From Macrostomum lignano (taxonomy: Eukaryota): 64,000 bases of DNA. This document shows, piece by piece, positions 23,746 to 37,157 of this stretch (positions are counted from its first letter, which is position 1; every line of letters begins with the position of its first letter). The DNA lies in NCBI GenBank assembly GCA_002269645.1, contig NIVC01000398.1, positions 34,572-98,571 on the forward strand, read 5' to 3'. A program made the position numbers and the translations under genes. The notes under the pieces are model-generated. The model made no database searches. It was not told where the DNA came from and saw nothing but the letters and a program-made list of their open reading frames with translations.

Positions 23746-26700
23746 CAGTCAATTGTCACTGACAATCAAATGTCACTGACAGTCAATTGACACTGACAAT
23801 CAAATGTCACTGACAGTCAATTGACACTGGCAGTCAAATGACACTGACAGTCAATTGACACTGACAATCAAATGTCACTGACAGTCAATTGACACTGACA
23901 ATCAAATGTCACTGACAGTCAATTGACACTGGCAGTCAATTGACACTGGCAGTCAAACGACACTGGCAGTCAAATGACACTGACAGTCAAATGACACTGA
24001 CAGTCAAATGACACTGGCAATCAAATGTCACTGACAGTCAAATGACACTGGCAGTCAATTGTCACTGACAGTCAAATGACACTGGCAGTCAAATGACACT
24101 GACAGTCAAATGACACTGACAGTCAAATGACACTGGCAGTCAAATGACACTGACAGTCAAATGACACTGACAGTCAATTGACACTGACAGTCAAATGACA
24201 CTGACAGTCAATTGACACTGACAGTCAAATGACACTGGCAGTCAATTGTCACTGACAGTCAAATGACACTGACAGTCAAATGACACTGACAGTCAAATGT
24301 CAGTGGCAGTCAATTGTCACTGACAGTCAAATGACACTGACAGTCAAATGTCAGTGGCAGTCAATTGTCACTGACAGTCAAATGACACTGACAGTCAAAT
24401 GACACTGACAGTCAAATGTCAGTGGCAGTCAATTGTCACTGACAGTCAAATGACACTGACAGTCAAATGTCAGTGGCAGTCAATTGTCACTGACAGTCAA
24501 ATGACACTGACAGTCAATTGACACTGACAATCAAATGTCACTGACAGTCAATTGACACTGACAATCAAATGTCACTGACAGTCAATTGACACTGACAATC
24601 AAATGTCACTGACAGTCAAATGACACTGACAATCAAATGTCACTGACAGTCAATTGACACTGACAATCAAATGTCACTGACAGTCAATTGACACTGACAA
24701 TCAAATGTCACTGACAGTCAATTGACACTGACAATCAAATGTCACTGACAGTCAATTGACACTGACAATCAAATGTCACTGACAGTCAATTGACACTGAC
24801 AATCAAATGTCACTGACAGTCAATTGTCACTGACAATCAAATGTCACTGACAGTCAATTGACAATGACAATCAAATGTCACTGACAGTCAATTGACACTG
24901 ACAATCAAATGTCACTGACAGTCAATTGACACTGACAATCAAATGTCACTGACAGTCAATTGACACTGACAATCAAATGTCACTGACAGTCAATTGACAC
25001 TGACAATCAAATGTCACTGACAGTCAATTGTCACTGACAATCAAATGTCACTGACAGTCAATTGACAATGACAATCAAATGTCACTGACAGCCAATTGAC
25101 AATGACAATCAAATGTCACTGACAGTCAATTGACACTGACAATCAAATGTCACTGACAGTCAATTGACACTGACAGTCAATTGACACTGACAATCAAATG
25201 TCACTGACAGTCATTTGACACTGACAATCATGTCACTGACAGTCAATTGTTGACACTGACAATCAAATGTCACTGACAGTCAAATGACACTGACAGTCAA
25301 ATGACACTGGCAGTCAATTGACACTGACAGTCAAATGACACTGGCAGTCAAATGACACTGGCAGTCAATTGTCACTGACAGTCAATTGTCACTGACAGTC
25401 AAATGTCAGTGGCAGTCAATTGTCACTGACAGTCAAATGACACTGGCAGTCAATTGTCACTGACAGTCAAATGACACTGGCAGTCAAATGTCAGTGGCAG
25501 TCAATTGTCACTGACAGTCAAATGACACTGACAGTCAAATGTCAGTGGCAGTCAATTGACACTGACAATCAAATGTCACTGACAGTCAATTGTCACTGAC
25601 AATCAAATGTCACTGACAGTCAATTGTCACTGACAATCAAATGTCACTGACAGTCAATTGACACTGACAATCAAATGTCACTGACAGTCAATTGACACTG
25701 ACAATCAAATGTCACTGACAGTCAATTGACACTGACAATCAAATGTCACTGACAGTCAATTGACACTGACAATCAAATGTCACTGACAGTCAATTGACAC
25801 TGACAATCAAATGTCACTGACAGTCAAATGACACTGACAGTCAAATGACACTGGCAGTCAATTGACACTGACAGTCAAATGACACTGGCAGTCAAATGCC
25901 ACTGACAGTCAAATGTCAGTGGCAGTCAATTGTCACTGACAGTCAAATGCCACTGACAGTCAAATGACACTGACAGTCAATTGACACTGACAGTCAAATG
26001 ACACTGGCAGTCAATTGTCACTGACAGTCAAATGACACTGACAGTCAAATGTCAGTGGCAGTCAATTGTCACTGACAGTCAAATGTCAGTGGCAGTCAAT
26101 TGTCACTGACAGTCAAATGCCACTGACAGTCAAATGACACTGGCAGTCAATTGACACTGACAATCAAATGTCACTGACAGTCAAATGACACTGACAGTCA
26201 AATGACACTGGCAGTCAAATGACACTGGCAGTCAATTGACACTGACAGTCAAATGACACTGGCAGTCAAATGCCACTGACAATCAAATGTCACTGACAGT
26301 CAATTGACACTGACAGTCAAATGACACTGGCAGTCAGTTGTCACTGACAGTCAAATGACACTGACAGTCAAATGTCAGTGGCAGTCAATTGTCACTGACA
26401 GTCAAATGACACTGACAGTCAAATGTCAGTGGCAGTCAATTGTCACTGACAGTCAAATGCCACTGACAGTCAAATGACACTGGCAGTCAATTGACACTGA
26501 CAATCAAATGTCACTGACAGTCAATTGACACTGACAATCAAATGTCACTGACAGTCAAATGACACTGACAGTCAAATGACACTGGCAGTCAAATGACACT
26601 GGCAGTCAATTGACACTTACAGTCAAATGACACTGGCAGTCAATTGTCACTGACAGTCAAATGACACTGACAGTCAAATGTCAGTGGCAGTCAATTGTCA

Positions 26701-26972
26701 CTGACAGTCAAATGCCACTGACAGTCAAATGACACTGACAGTCAATTGACACTGACAGTCAAATGACACTGGCAGTCAATTGTCACTGACAGTCAAATGA
26801 CACTGACAGTCAAATGTCAGTGGCAGTCAATTGTCACTGACAGTCAAATGACACTGACAGTCAAATGTCAGTGGCAGTCAATTGTCACTGACAGTCAAAT
26901 GCCACTGACAGTCAAATGCCACTGACAGTCAAATGTCACTGACAGTCAAATGACACTGGCAGTCAATTGTGA
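23746..26972. repeat. 17-bp quasi-palindromic minisatellite (gacactgacagtcaaat / gtcactgacagtcaatt)
   Basis: About 190 units by length; patterned variant blocks. Confidence 0.98.
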
Positions 26973-27671
26973 CAGATCTAATTAAATTCTCTTTTGTACT
27001 GGTAGTTTTAAAATAAATACTCTACGTGAATACTTGATAAAGCTTGAACAGTATTATGGGTTGCCATTGTATTTAGCAGTTGCCTATCTTCATGCACTCC
27101 AGAGTGGATCAATGGGTGCCTGCAAGTACAGCAGTATTTTATTGCATCATCGATTTTGAAAACGAAGGATGCTGCAGAGCAGCCTTGTATTATATATATT
27201 AATCTATTTTTATGACTTTCTAAATTTGACATGTCAGAAAACGAGGCCCGTCGTAACAATATACGTTAGTGAAGACTAGCGATTGGGGTTAGTTCAGCTT
27301 TGCGAGTCCTATGGGATAAATTTCTGTTGTTGTACATCTAAATTTAGATGCCTCAATGTAGTCCTTATGATTATAGTATGTAAGCGTTGAGTTTATTGGA
27401 TTATTAAGATTTTATCATTTTGACTTGTACGCTCGTATGATGTCTGATGATTCTACAAAATCCCTCTTTGTGGCCCCTAATTTAAATTGGTAATTTCAGT
27501 CTGGCCTCATAAAGAAGCAGTCTACATGTAGACTATTTCTATGCTTTTATAAATCATTATGCCGTCTGCCTTTTGTCGATGAATTTATTTCATATTTTCA
27601 TTCCTCCTGCAAGTGCACATCCACTTCTTACTGGTAGATATGGCACATTTTTTTTAATACCACTTCCATTT

Positions 27672-28918
27672 TGTGGTGATCTTGACGATACTTTGTGGTA
27701 GATCTTGACGATACTTTGTGGTGATCTTGACGATACTTTGTGGTAGATCTTGACGACACTTTGTGGTGATCTTGACGATACTTTGTGGTAGATCCTGACC
27801 TGACGATACTTTATGGTAGATCTTGACGATACTCTGTGGTAGATCTTGACGACACTTTGTGGTGATCTTGACGATACTTTGTGGTAGATCTTGACGACAC
27901 TGGTAGATCTTGACGACACTGGTAGATCTTGACGACACTGGTAGATCTTGACGACACTTTGTGGTGATCTTGACGATACTTTGTGGTAGATCCTGACCTG
28001 ACGATACTTTATGGTAGATCTTGACGACACTTTGTGGTAGATCTTGACGACACTTTGTGGTAGATCTTGACGACACTTTGTGGTAGATCCTGACCTGACG
28101 ATACTTTATGGTAGATCTTGACGGTACTCTGTGGTAGATCTTGACGACACTTTGTGGTGATCTTGACGATACTTTGTGGTGATCTTGACGACACTTTGTG
28201 GTAGATCTTGACGACACTTTGTGGTGATCTTGACGATACTTTGTGGTGATCTTGACGATACTTTGTGGTAGATCTTGACGACACTTTGTGGTAGATCTTG
28301 ACGACACTTTGTGGTGATCTTGACGATACTTTGTGGTAGATCTTGACGTCACTTTGTGGTAGATCTTGACGATACTTTGTGGTAGATCTTGACGATACTT
28401 TGTGGTAGATCTTGACGATACTTTGTGGTAGATCTTGACGATACTTTGTGGTAGATCTTGACGATACTTTGTGGTAAATCTTGACGATACTTTGTGGTAG
28501 ATCTTGACGATACTTTGTGGTAGATCTTGACGATACTTTGTGGTAGATCTTGACGATACTTTGTGGTAGATCTTGACGTCACTTTGTGGTAGATCTTGAC
28601 GATACTTTGTGGTAGATCTTGACGTCACTTTGTGGTAGATCTTGACGATACTTTGTGGTAGATCTTGACGATACTTTGTGGTAGATCTTGACGATACTTT
28701 GTGGTAGATCTTGACGATACTTTGTGGTAGATCTTGACGATACTTTGTGGTAAATCTTGACGATACTTTGTGGTAGATCTTGACGATACTTTGTGGTAGA
28801 TCTTGACGATACTTTGTGGTAGATCTTGACGACACTGGTAGATCTTGACGTCACTTTGTGGTAGATCTTGACGACACTGGTAGATCTTGACGACACTTTT
28901 GGTAGATCTTGACGATTT
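27672..28918. repeat. 23-bp minisatellite (tttgtggtagatcttgacgatac)
   Basis: About 55 units with deletion variants. Confidence 0.97.
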
Positions 28919-29960
28919 GCTTTTCAATAGAATGTAGCGAGAACTTTTTTTTGCGTTTTGCCAGTGCAGCATTGACTCAAATATTGACCTAAAATATCTG
29001 TTTGCCACTTCGTCAAAGAATGTAATCATCATCATTGTCGCCTGTACGACTGTCTACTTCAATTTTTCACAGCGCGTGTTGCCACAGCTTGTAATTCGAG
29101 GATCTCTTCTCCATCGACCAGTTTATTTCGATTCGGTTTCTTTTTTAGGGTCCTTGGTTTTTTCGATGAACTCGCATTGACTGAAGCGTTGAATATCCTG
29201 TAGCCTTGTTGTTGATAAGCTAAGAATATGCTTTTTGATATGCTGCGATAATCTCACAGAATCCGTGTCGATAGACTTGCGCGCATGTTCAAATCTGTCA
29301 ATCAATTTTGCATATATTTATAGCTCGTATTTATATAAAAAGCATTTGCCCGTCAGCCTGATTCTGCTTAGTAAAGTAAAACTCTTATAGAACAACTCAA
29401 TGATTAAGAACTTACATTAGCAGTGTGGCCTGTGACTCAAGCTTTCTAGTTAATTAAAAAATCCACCGCTTATTGTGATATTTATTTCGCTTACGTAAAG
29501 CACTTATTTATGAGTTTTCATTGTCTTTTGTTGAAGTTTTATGCCTGCTAGCGAGCAATAGAATACATATAGTGCCACCCCCACCTTCGCTGTATAAAGT
29601 GCAAGCAGTACTAGTATCTCTACCCTGTGCAATTTAATCACGATCTTAATCACGAAAATCCGGTGCGGCTAATATTATTGTAAACTATAAAACTAAAAGT
29701 TGGTGTTTAATTCTCCCTTAATTCTCTTGGGAGTTCTACTGTTACACGCAAACATGATTTTCATGCAATCTCTTCGAAACATCATCGTATTAAGAAGTTT
29801 CAGAACAAATCTCTTTTAGGCGAAGAAATGAGTTTTTTCCAAAATCTATCTTTCCGAAGTTAGGAAGTAATTTTCGCGTATATTTCTCGAATGCTGTATG
29901 TCTTGAAACTAGCTTAAATAAGCCAGTGTATCAATAACTTGACCTGCGTTGACCTGCTGT

Positions 29961-31150
29961 TGGATTAGGGTTCTGGATTAGGGTTCTGGATTAGGGTTTT
30001 GAATTAGGGTTCTGGATTAGGGTTCTGGATTAGGGTTTTGAATTAGGGTTCTGGATTAGGGTTCTGGATTAGGGTTCTGGATTAGGGTTTTGAATTAGGG
30101 TTCTGGATTGGGGTTCTGGATTAGGATTCTGGATTAGGATTCTGGATTAGGGTTCTAGGTTAGGGTATCTTGGTTAGGGTATCTAGGTTAGAGTTTTGGA
30201 TTAGGGTTGTGGATCAGGGTTCTGGATTAGGGTTCTGAATTAGGTTTGTGGTTTAGGGTTCTGGATTAGGGTTCTAGGTTAGGTTCTGGATAAGGGTTCT
30301 ACTTCTAGATTAGGTTCGCGGATTAGGGATTTGAATTAGGGTTCTGGATTAGGGTATCTTGGTTAGGGTATCTAGGTTAGGGTTCTGGATTAGGGTTCTG
30401 GATTAGGGTTCTGGATTAGGGTTCTGGATTAGGGTTTTGAATTAGGGTTCTGGATTAGGTTTCTGGATTAGGGTTCTGGATTAGGGTTCTAGGTTAGGGT
30501 ATCTTGGTTAGGGTATCTAGGTTAGGGTATCTAGGTTAGGGTTTTGTATTAAGGTTCTAGGTTAGGGTATCTTGGTTAGGGTATCTAGGTTAGGGTTTTG
30601 AATTAGGGTTGTGGATCAGGGTTCTGGATTAGAGTTCTGAATTAGGTTTGTGGTTTAGGGTTCTGGATTAGGGTTCTAGGTTAGGTTCTGGATAAGGGTT
30701 CTACTTCTAGATTAGGGTCGCGGATTAGGGATTTGAATTAGGGTTTTGGATTAGGGTTCTGGTTTAGGGTTCTGGATTAGGGTTCTGGTTTACGGTTCTG
30801 GTTTAGGGTTCTGGATTAGGATTTCCTGATTAGGGTATCTAGGTTAGGGTTTCGGATTAGGGTTGTCGATTAGGATTCTGAGTTTAGGTTATGAATTAGG
30901 GTTCTGGATTAGGGTTCTAGATTAGGGTATCTTGGTTAGGGTATCTAGGTTAGGGTTTTGGATTAGGGTTGTGGATCAGGGTTCTGGATTAGGGTTCTGA
31001 ATTAGGCTTCTGAATTAGGGTTTTGAATTAGGGTTCTGGATTAGGGTTCTGGATTAGGGTCGCGGATTAGGGTTTCTGGATTAGGGTTATGGATTAGGTT
31101 TAGAGTTAGTGTTCTGGTTTAGGTTTAGGGTTATGGTCGCAGTTAGGCTT
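29961..31150 (+). repeat. 13-bp telomere-related satellite (ggattagggttct)
   Basis: Each unit carries TTAGGG; diverged blocks are duplicated internally. Confidence 0.93.
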
Positions 31151-31656
31151 AGGTCCCTGTGTTTCGGTTTTCGCTGTTATAGGCAAGACTGGCCTACCTC
31201 CTGACTGTCTGCGAGCGGACTGTCGCCTTCACATAGTTCGCTCTGTACCAGTGTTATCCCTATACCGATAGCAACTCCAACAAGCAAAACGTGGCCAACT
31301 TGAAACAAATGCCATTTAGCTTCGGACAATTCGGACTCGATATCGAGTTCCAGTTTTTTTCGAGTGAAGCGATACTACGTGCGTTGTTTTCTTAATTAAT
31401 TAATGTATTTTATTTATTGAAGTAGTTTGAGTTATATTTTTTCAACAAGGCTTGGGTTACAATTGAGTTTTCAAGTTTTTATGTTACATTATAGTGTTAA
31501 TTTTTTAAAAGACACCATCAATCGATCGGCGAGGCTTGTCTTAACTTGCTTTGGTAGGTTAGTCTTACCATCTGCAATGAAAATGAACGGTGCAGATATT
31601 AATTTGGTGGACATTAATTTGTCATTAACGTCAGTCAGTGCAAGGCGCACCTATAC

Positions 31657-31943
31657 CTGATATTGGTTGTGGAATAGCGCATCTCCTTTGCCCAGTCCTT
31701 GACGAAGTCGCTGTACTTTGCTGGCAGCTGCAGACCCGAGGACCGCTTGCCCTGCCGTCTGGCAGCCTTCAGAATCCAAAGTAGATCACCTTCGACACCG
31801 TCCTGAATGCTGCGTTGACTCTCCAGCGCTTGGTTCATGTCGCCATCATCCTCATTGTCGATTGTCGCAGCCATGCCGCAGACTTTGACTGTCGGCACAG
31901 TCAGCAATAGACAGCAGATGGCGACTTCTGTGAAAAACTGCAT
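31657..31943 (-). CDS. Unassigned exon-like ORF with signal-peptide-like start and RR/GKR sites (possible prepropeptide, or pseudogene fragment)
   Basis: ORF 31635-31943 is non-repetitive with coding-like composition; donor AG|gtatag at 31656; flanks contain stop-interrupted coding-like sequence. Confidence 0.3.
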
Positions 31944-32597
31944 ACTGACGTCTTAGACTCGCTTGGTTCTGTCTGCTGCACTTGTTCTTGAGCTGTCCAA
32001 CTCTTGAGAGCACTGCTACCCAGCTAGATGATTATCGACAGGAATTTGGATTTGTAGAAACTTATTGAATTTCAAGATGCAGCAGTGACGTCTGCGTGGG
32101 CGTCTATACTGAGCGTCTTCTCCACAACTATGACTGCTGCTGGTTGCTTTTCAACTCCTGACTTTCTCAACTCTATCTTGTTGCTGGGAATATTTCTCCT
32201 CTGGGACAAGCAGCCGAGTGGGGGTGAAGCAACTCGTCTATATTAAGACTTGAGTTGCTGCATCGGTTGGCCTGAGAGCTTGGAGTTGGCTGGGGCACCA
32301 GCTGCTCAAGGATTGGCTCTCTGAGGATGCCAGGAGAACTCGCATGCCAATTGCTTTAAAGCCTTGAAGCCTTATCACTCTTATTGTTGCTGCGAGACTA
32401 GCGACTGGCATTGAAATTGCACGGCTGGATTCGCATGGGCGGGAGCTGAAGGCTGAGTGTGGGGGTTGCTGGGTGGATGACTTTGTGCTTGGTAGAAGGG
32501 CGAGTGTCAGCAGTGGGTGGATAAATTTGTGTGGGTGGCAGGGTACTTGCCTACGTGTGGGTGGGAGTAGGCTCTCGCGTGGGTGTGGGGTGTTAGT

Positions 32598-33610
32598 TTT
32601 GTGTCAGCGAATAGACAGTTTTGTGTCAGTGAATAGACAGTTTTGTGTCAGTGAATAGACAGTTTTATGTCAGTGAATAGACAGTTTTGTGTCAGTGAAT
32701 AGACAGTTTTATGTCAGTGAATAGACAGTTATGTGTCAGTGAATAGACAGTTTTGTGTCAGTGAGCGAATAGACAGTTTTGTGTCAGCGAATAGACAGTT
32801 ATGTGACAGTGAATGAATAGTTATGTGTCAGTGAATAGACAGTTTTGTGTCAGTGAATAGACAGTTATGTGACAGTGAATGAATAGTTATGTGTCAGTGA
32901 ATAGACAGTTTTGTGTCAGTGAATGGACAGTTATGTGTCAGTGAATAGACAGTTATGTGTCAGCGAATAGACAGTTATGTGTCAGTGAATGAATAGTTTC
33001 GTGTCAGTGAATGGAGAGTTTTGTTTTAGTGAAGAGACAGTTTTGTGTCAGTGAATAGACAGTTTTGTGTCAGTGAATAGACAGTTTTGTGTCATGAATA
33101 GACAGTTTTGTGTCAGCGAATAGACAGTTTTGTGTCATGAATAGACAGTTTTGTGTCAGCGAATAGACAGTTTTGTGTCATTGAATAGACAGTTTTGTGT
33201 CAGTGAATAGACAGTTTTGTGTCATTGAATAGACAGTTTTGTGTCATGAATAGACAGTTTTGTGTCAGTGAATAGACAGTTTTGTGTCATGAATAGACAG
33301 TTTTGTGTCAGCGAATAGACAGTTTTGTGTCATTGAATAGACAGTTTTGTGTCAGTGAATAGACAGTTATGTGTCAGTGAATAGACAGTTTTGTGTCAGC
33401 GAATAGACAGTTATGTGTCATTGAATAGACAGTTATGTGTCAGTGAAAAGACAGTTATGTGTCAGTGAATAGACAGTTATGTGTCAGTGAATAGACAGTT
33501 TTGTGTCAGTGAATAGACAGTTATGTGTCAGTGAATAGACAGTTATGTGTCAGTGAATAGACAGTTATGTGTCAGTGAATAGACAGTTATGTGTCAGTGA
33601 ATGGATAGTT
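32598..33610. repeat. 22-bp minisatellite (gtcagtgaatagacagttttgt)
   Basis: About 46 units. Confidence 0.96.
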
Positions 33611-33909
33611 TAACGCTAAGGTAAAACGCTTTAGGCGTCACGCACTGGGTTGTGTTAAAATTATCTATATTTTAAACTTACTGCCTGACTGATTCTTCAG
33701 AAAAAATCTCGCTATAAGTATGCTTTGTTTGACTTGAAGTGCACCTTCTCTAAAGGTGCATAAATTTTTAAGAAATGAAAACCAAGTTATTCACGAGATA
33801 TTAAATTTCTGACTTTGACTTTAAGAGAATCAAATTAGAATATCCCCAACCAAGTGCGCTTTCGCCGAAGCATTGTCAAGCAGTTCTCAAGCAGCTAGAG
33901 ATGAGGCGG

Positions 33910-34990
33910 CACCAAATTGAGTTGCCTGCCTACGGCGCTAAAATGAGTGCCTGTCTGTGGCGCTAAAATGAGTTGCCTGTCTGCGGCGTAAAATGAGTTG
34001 CCTGCCTACGGCGTCAAAATGAGTTGCCTTTTTGCGGCGCCAAAATGAGTTGCCTGTCTGTGGCGCTAAAATGAGTTGCCTTTTTGCGGCGCCAAAATGA
34101 GTTGCCTGTCTGCGGCGCCAAAATGAGTTGCCTTTTTGCGGCGCCAAAATGAGTTGCCTGTCTGCGGCGCCAAAATGAGTTGCCTGCCAACGGCGTCAAA
34201 ATGAGTTGCCTGTCTGCGGCGTAAAATGAGTTGCCTGCCTACGGCGTCAAAATGAGTTGCCTTTTTGCGGCGCCAAAATGAGTTGCCTGTCTGTGGCGTC
34301 AAAAATGAGTTGCCTGTCTGTGGCGCCAAAATGAGTTGCCTGCCTACGGCGTCAAAATGAGTTGCCTTTTTGCGGCGCCAAAATGAGTTGCCTGTCTGTG
34401 GCGCTAAAATGAGTTGCCTTTTTGCGGCGCCAAAATGAGTTGCCTGTCTGTGGCGCCAAAATGAGTTGCCTGTCTGTGGCGCTAAAATGAGTTGCCTTTT
34501 TGCAGCGCCAAAATGAGTTGCCTTTTTGCGGCGCCAAAATGAGTTGCCTGTCTGTGGCGCTAAAATGAGTTGCCTGTCTGCGGCGCTAAAATGAGTGCCT
34601 GTCTGTGGCGCCAAAATGAGTCGCCTGTCTGTGGCGCCAAAATGAGCTGCCTGTCTGCGGCGTCAAAATGAGTTGCCTGTCTGTGGCGCTCAAATGAATT
34701 GCCTGTCTGTGGCGCTAAAATGAGTGCCTGTCTGTGGCGCCAAAATAAGTGTGTCTGGATTCGGCGCCAAAATGGATACGTGTGTCTGGATTCGGCGCCA
34801 AAATGGATACGTGTGTCTGGATTCGGCGCCAAAATGGATACGTGTGTCTGGATTCGGCGCCAAAATGGATACGTGTGTCTGGATTCGGCGCCAAAATGGA
34901 TACGTGTGTCTGAATTCGGCGCCAAAATGGGTACGTGTGTCTGGATTCAGCGCCAAAATGGGTACGTGTGTCTGAATTCGGCGCTAAAAT
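33910..34990. repeat. Compound minisatellite: 26-bp (ccaaaatgagttgcctgtctgtggcg) grading into 31-bp (ccaaaatggatacgtgtgtctggattcggcg)
   Basis: Two abutting sub-arrays sharing ggcgccaaaatg; switch near 34745. Confidence 0.95.
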
Positions 34991-35318
34991 GAGTGCTAAC
35001 AACACCGATTCCCAAAAAAATGCAGCAATTTTGTCATGCAGAATTCTTGGCTTTGTCACCCTAACCATAAAAGCCATCCATAGTGACACCACTGATGAGG
35101 TTTAGTCAGGTGCTGGGAGCTGCTACACTGAGAACCCCCCCCCCCTGGGGTGGGGGCGGAGACGGAATCCGAGTTCATTTCTTTGAATAGAACAGTCTGT
35201 GATTGAAGTGGATGCTTGACTCAGACACAAGTAGCTCAAGCCTTGACTACTTGAGCAAAGCCAAGGTAGCTCGTTTTATTCTGGCACAATAGAACAATAG
35301 AATCCCAGTTCTGCTTGA

Positions 35319-35520
35319 GCGATCCTCACTCTGCCTTTACTGATGATAGCTACTGACGGGTCGTGCATCTTTAGGGCGGTTCTGTCTTCCATCGAATAAA
35401 TGATCTATTCTGTAGACTTTTCCCCACCTGTAGTAGGCCATACTAAGACTCGCGGTAAAACAAATTTGCTTTTACTTTACTGTTAGTAGCTTCAGTTCAA
35501 GAAATGTCAGTTTATAGGTT
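35319..35520 (+). pseudogene. Degenerate OTU-like cysteine-protease fragment
   Basis: One frame reads MIATDGSCIFRAVLSSIE*MIYSVDFSPPVVGHTKTR, resembling the OTU pattern xDGxCLFRAv...HxxLR; interrupted by stops. Confidence 0.35.
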
Positions 35521-35521
35521 A

Positions 35522-35870
35522 GTTTAGCTCGGGATCTCACGGTGAAACTAAGCTTGGGATCTCATGGTGAGACTAAACTCGGAATCTCACGGTGAGACTA
35601 AGCTCGGGATCCCATGGTGAGACTAAGCTCGTGATCTCACACTGAGACTTAAGCTCCGGATCTCAAATTGAGACTAAGCTCTCGGAATCTCACGGTGAGA
35701 CTAAGCTCGGAATCCCAAATTGAGAGTAAGCTCGGAATCTAACGGTGAGACTAAGCTCGGAATCCCAAATTGAGAGTAAGCTCGGAATCTAACGGTGAGA
35801 CTAAGCTCCGGATCTCAAATTGAGACTAAGCTTAGGATCTCACAGTAAAAGTGAAACTAAGCTCGTGATT
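35522..35870. repeat. 25-bp minisatellite (gagactaagctcgggatctcacggt)
   Basis: About 14 diverged units. Confidence 0.9.
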
Positions 35871-36304
35871 TCATTGTGTGGCTCACAGTCACAGAGAGAC
35901 TGAACTCATAACTTCAAGTGAGATATAGCTTACAATCTTACGATGTGACTTTACTGTGAATCATAATTTTATGATTCATATCATAATTCTTTGGTTATTA
36001 TCTCAATTTTTAGGTTGACCTTTTTAAAATGACATCCTATACGCATTCCAGTATGTCAAATATTCATAACAAAAAGTACATTTTGTTAAAAGCAGAAACA
36101 ACTGCTTTCTCACCTAATTACGCCAATTGTGAGTAGAAAGCTAAAGCCGGATATTTTTATCCAAGCTAAAACTAAAACAGTAGCTAGTTTTAACAAATAA
36201 GAACTCAAAATGTCGCCAAAAAAGTACATGACGCGGAAAATTCTCTGTTTACACGCGGGATCAGGAGACAGATGGGTGATCTCGGTGGTCGGTGGGTCAG
36301 AATG

Positions 36305-36922
36305 CAGAGAGTCAGGATGTTGTGTGACGAGAGTCAGGATGTTGTGTCGGGAAAGTCAGGATGTTGTGTCGGGAGAGTCAGGATGTTGTGTCGAGAGAGT
36401 CAGGATGTTGTGTCGGGAGAGTCAGGATGTTGTGTCGGGAGAGTCAGGATGTTGTGTCGGGAGAGTCAGGATGTTGTGTCGGGAGAGTCAGGATGTTGTG
36501 TCGGGAGAGTCAGGATGTTGTGTCGGGAAAGTCAGGATGTTGTGTCGGGAAAGTCAGGATGTTGTGTCGGGAGAGTCAGGATGTTGTGTCGGGAGAGTCA
36601 GGATGTTGTGTCGGGAAAGTCAGGATGTTGTGTCGGGAGAGTCAGGATGTTGTGTCGGGAGAGTCAGGATGTTGTGTCGGGAGAGTCAGGATGTTGTGTC
36701 GGGAGAGTCAGGATGTTGTGTCAGGAGAGTCAGGATGTTGTGTCGGGAGAGTCAGGATGTTGTGTCGGGAGAGTCAGGATGTTGTGTCGGGAAAGTCAGG
36801 ATGTTGTGTCGGGAAAGTCAAGATGTTGTGTCGGGAGAGTCAGGATGTTGTGTCGGGAGAGTCAGGATGTTGTGTCGGGAGAGTCAGGATGTTGTGTCGG
36901 GAGAGTCAGGATGTTGTGTCAA
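36305..36922. repeat. 22-bp minisatellite (ggagagtcaggatgttgtgtcg)
   Basis: About 28 highly homogeneous units. Confidence 0.97.
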
Positions 36923-37157
36923 GAAATTAAGTATGTGGTTTCGGGCGAGTAATTAAGATGTGGAGCTAGAAGTACCGACCGTTTCCTGGAAAATTTTATT
37001 TCTGAACTATATACTCGCACGTGATAAGCGGCTACTAACAGTAGCAATATTGGCAATTGAAAGCTAATTTTTGGTTGGCTTATGTCACTTATAGATGATG
37101 TTAGATTAGAGCGTGTGAGATGAGACCCCGTCTCTGCCATGACCTTTATGACTGCCA

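Noticed and set aside
29961-31150. True chromosome end
   Set aside because: Unique sequence on both sides and no sustained (TTAGGG)n run.
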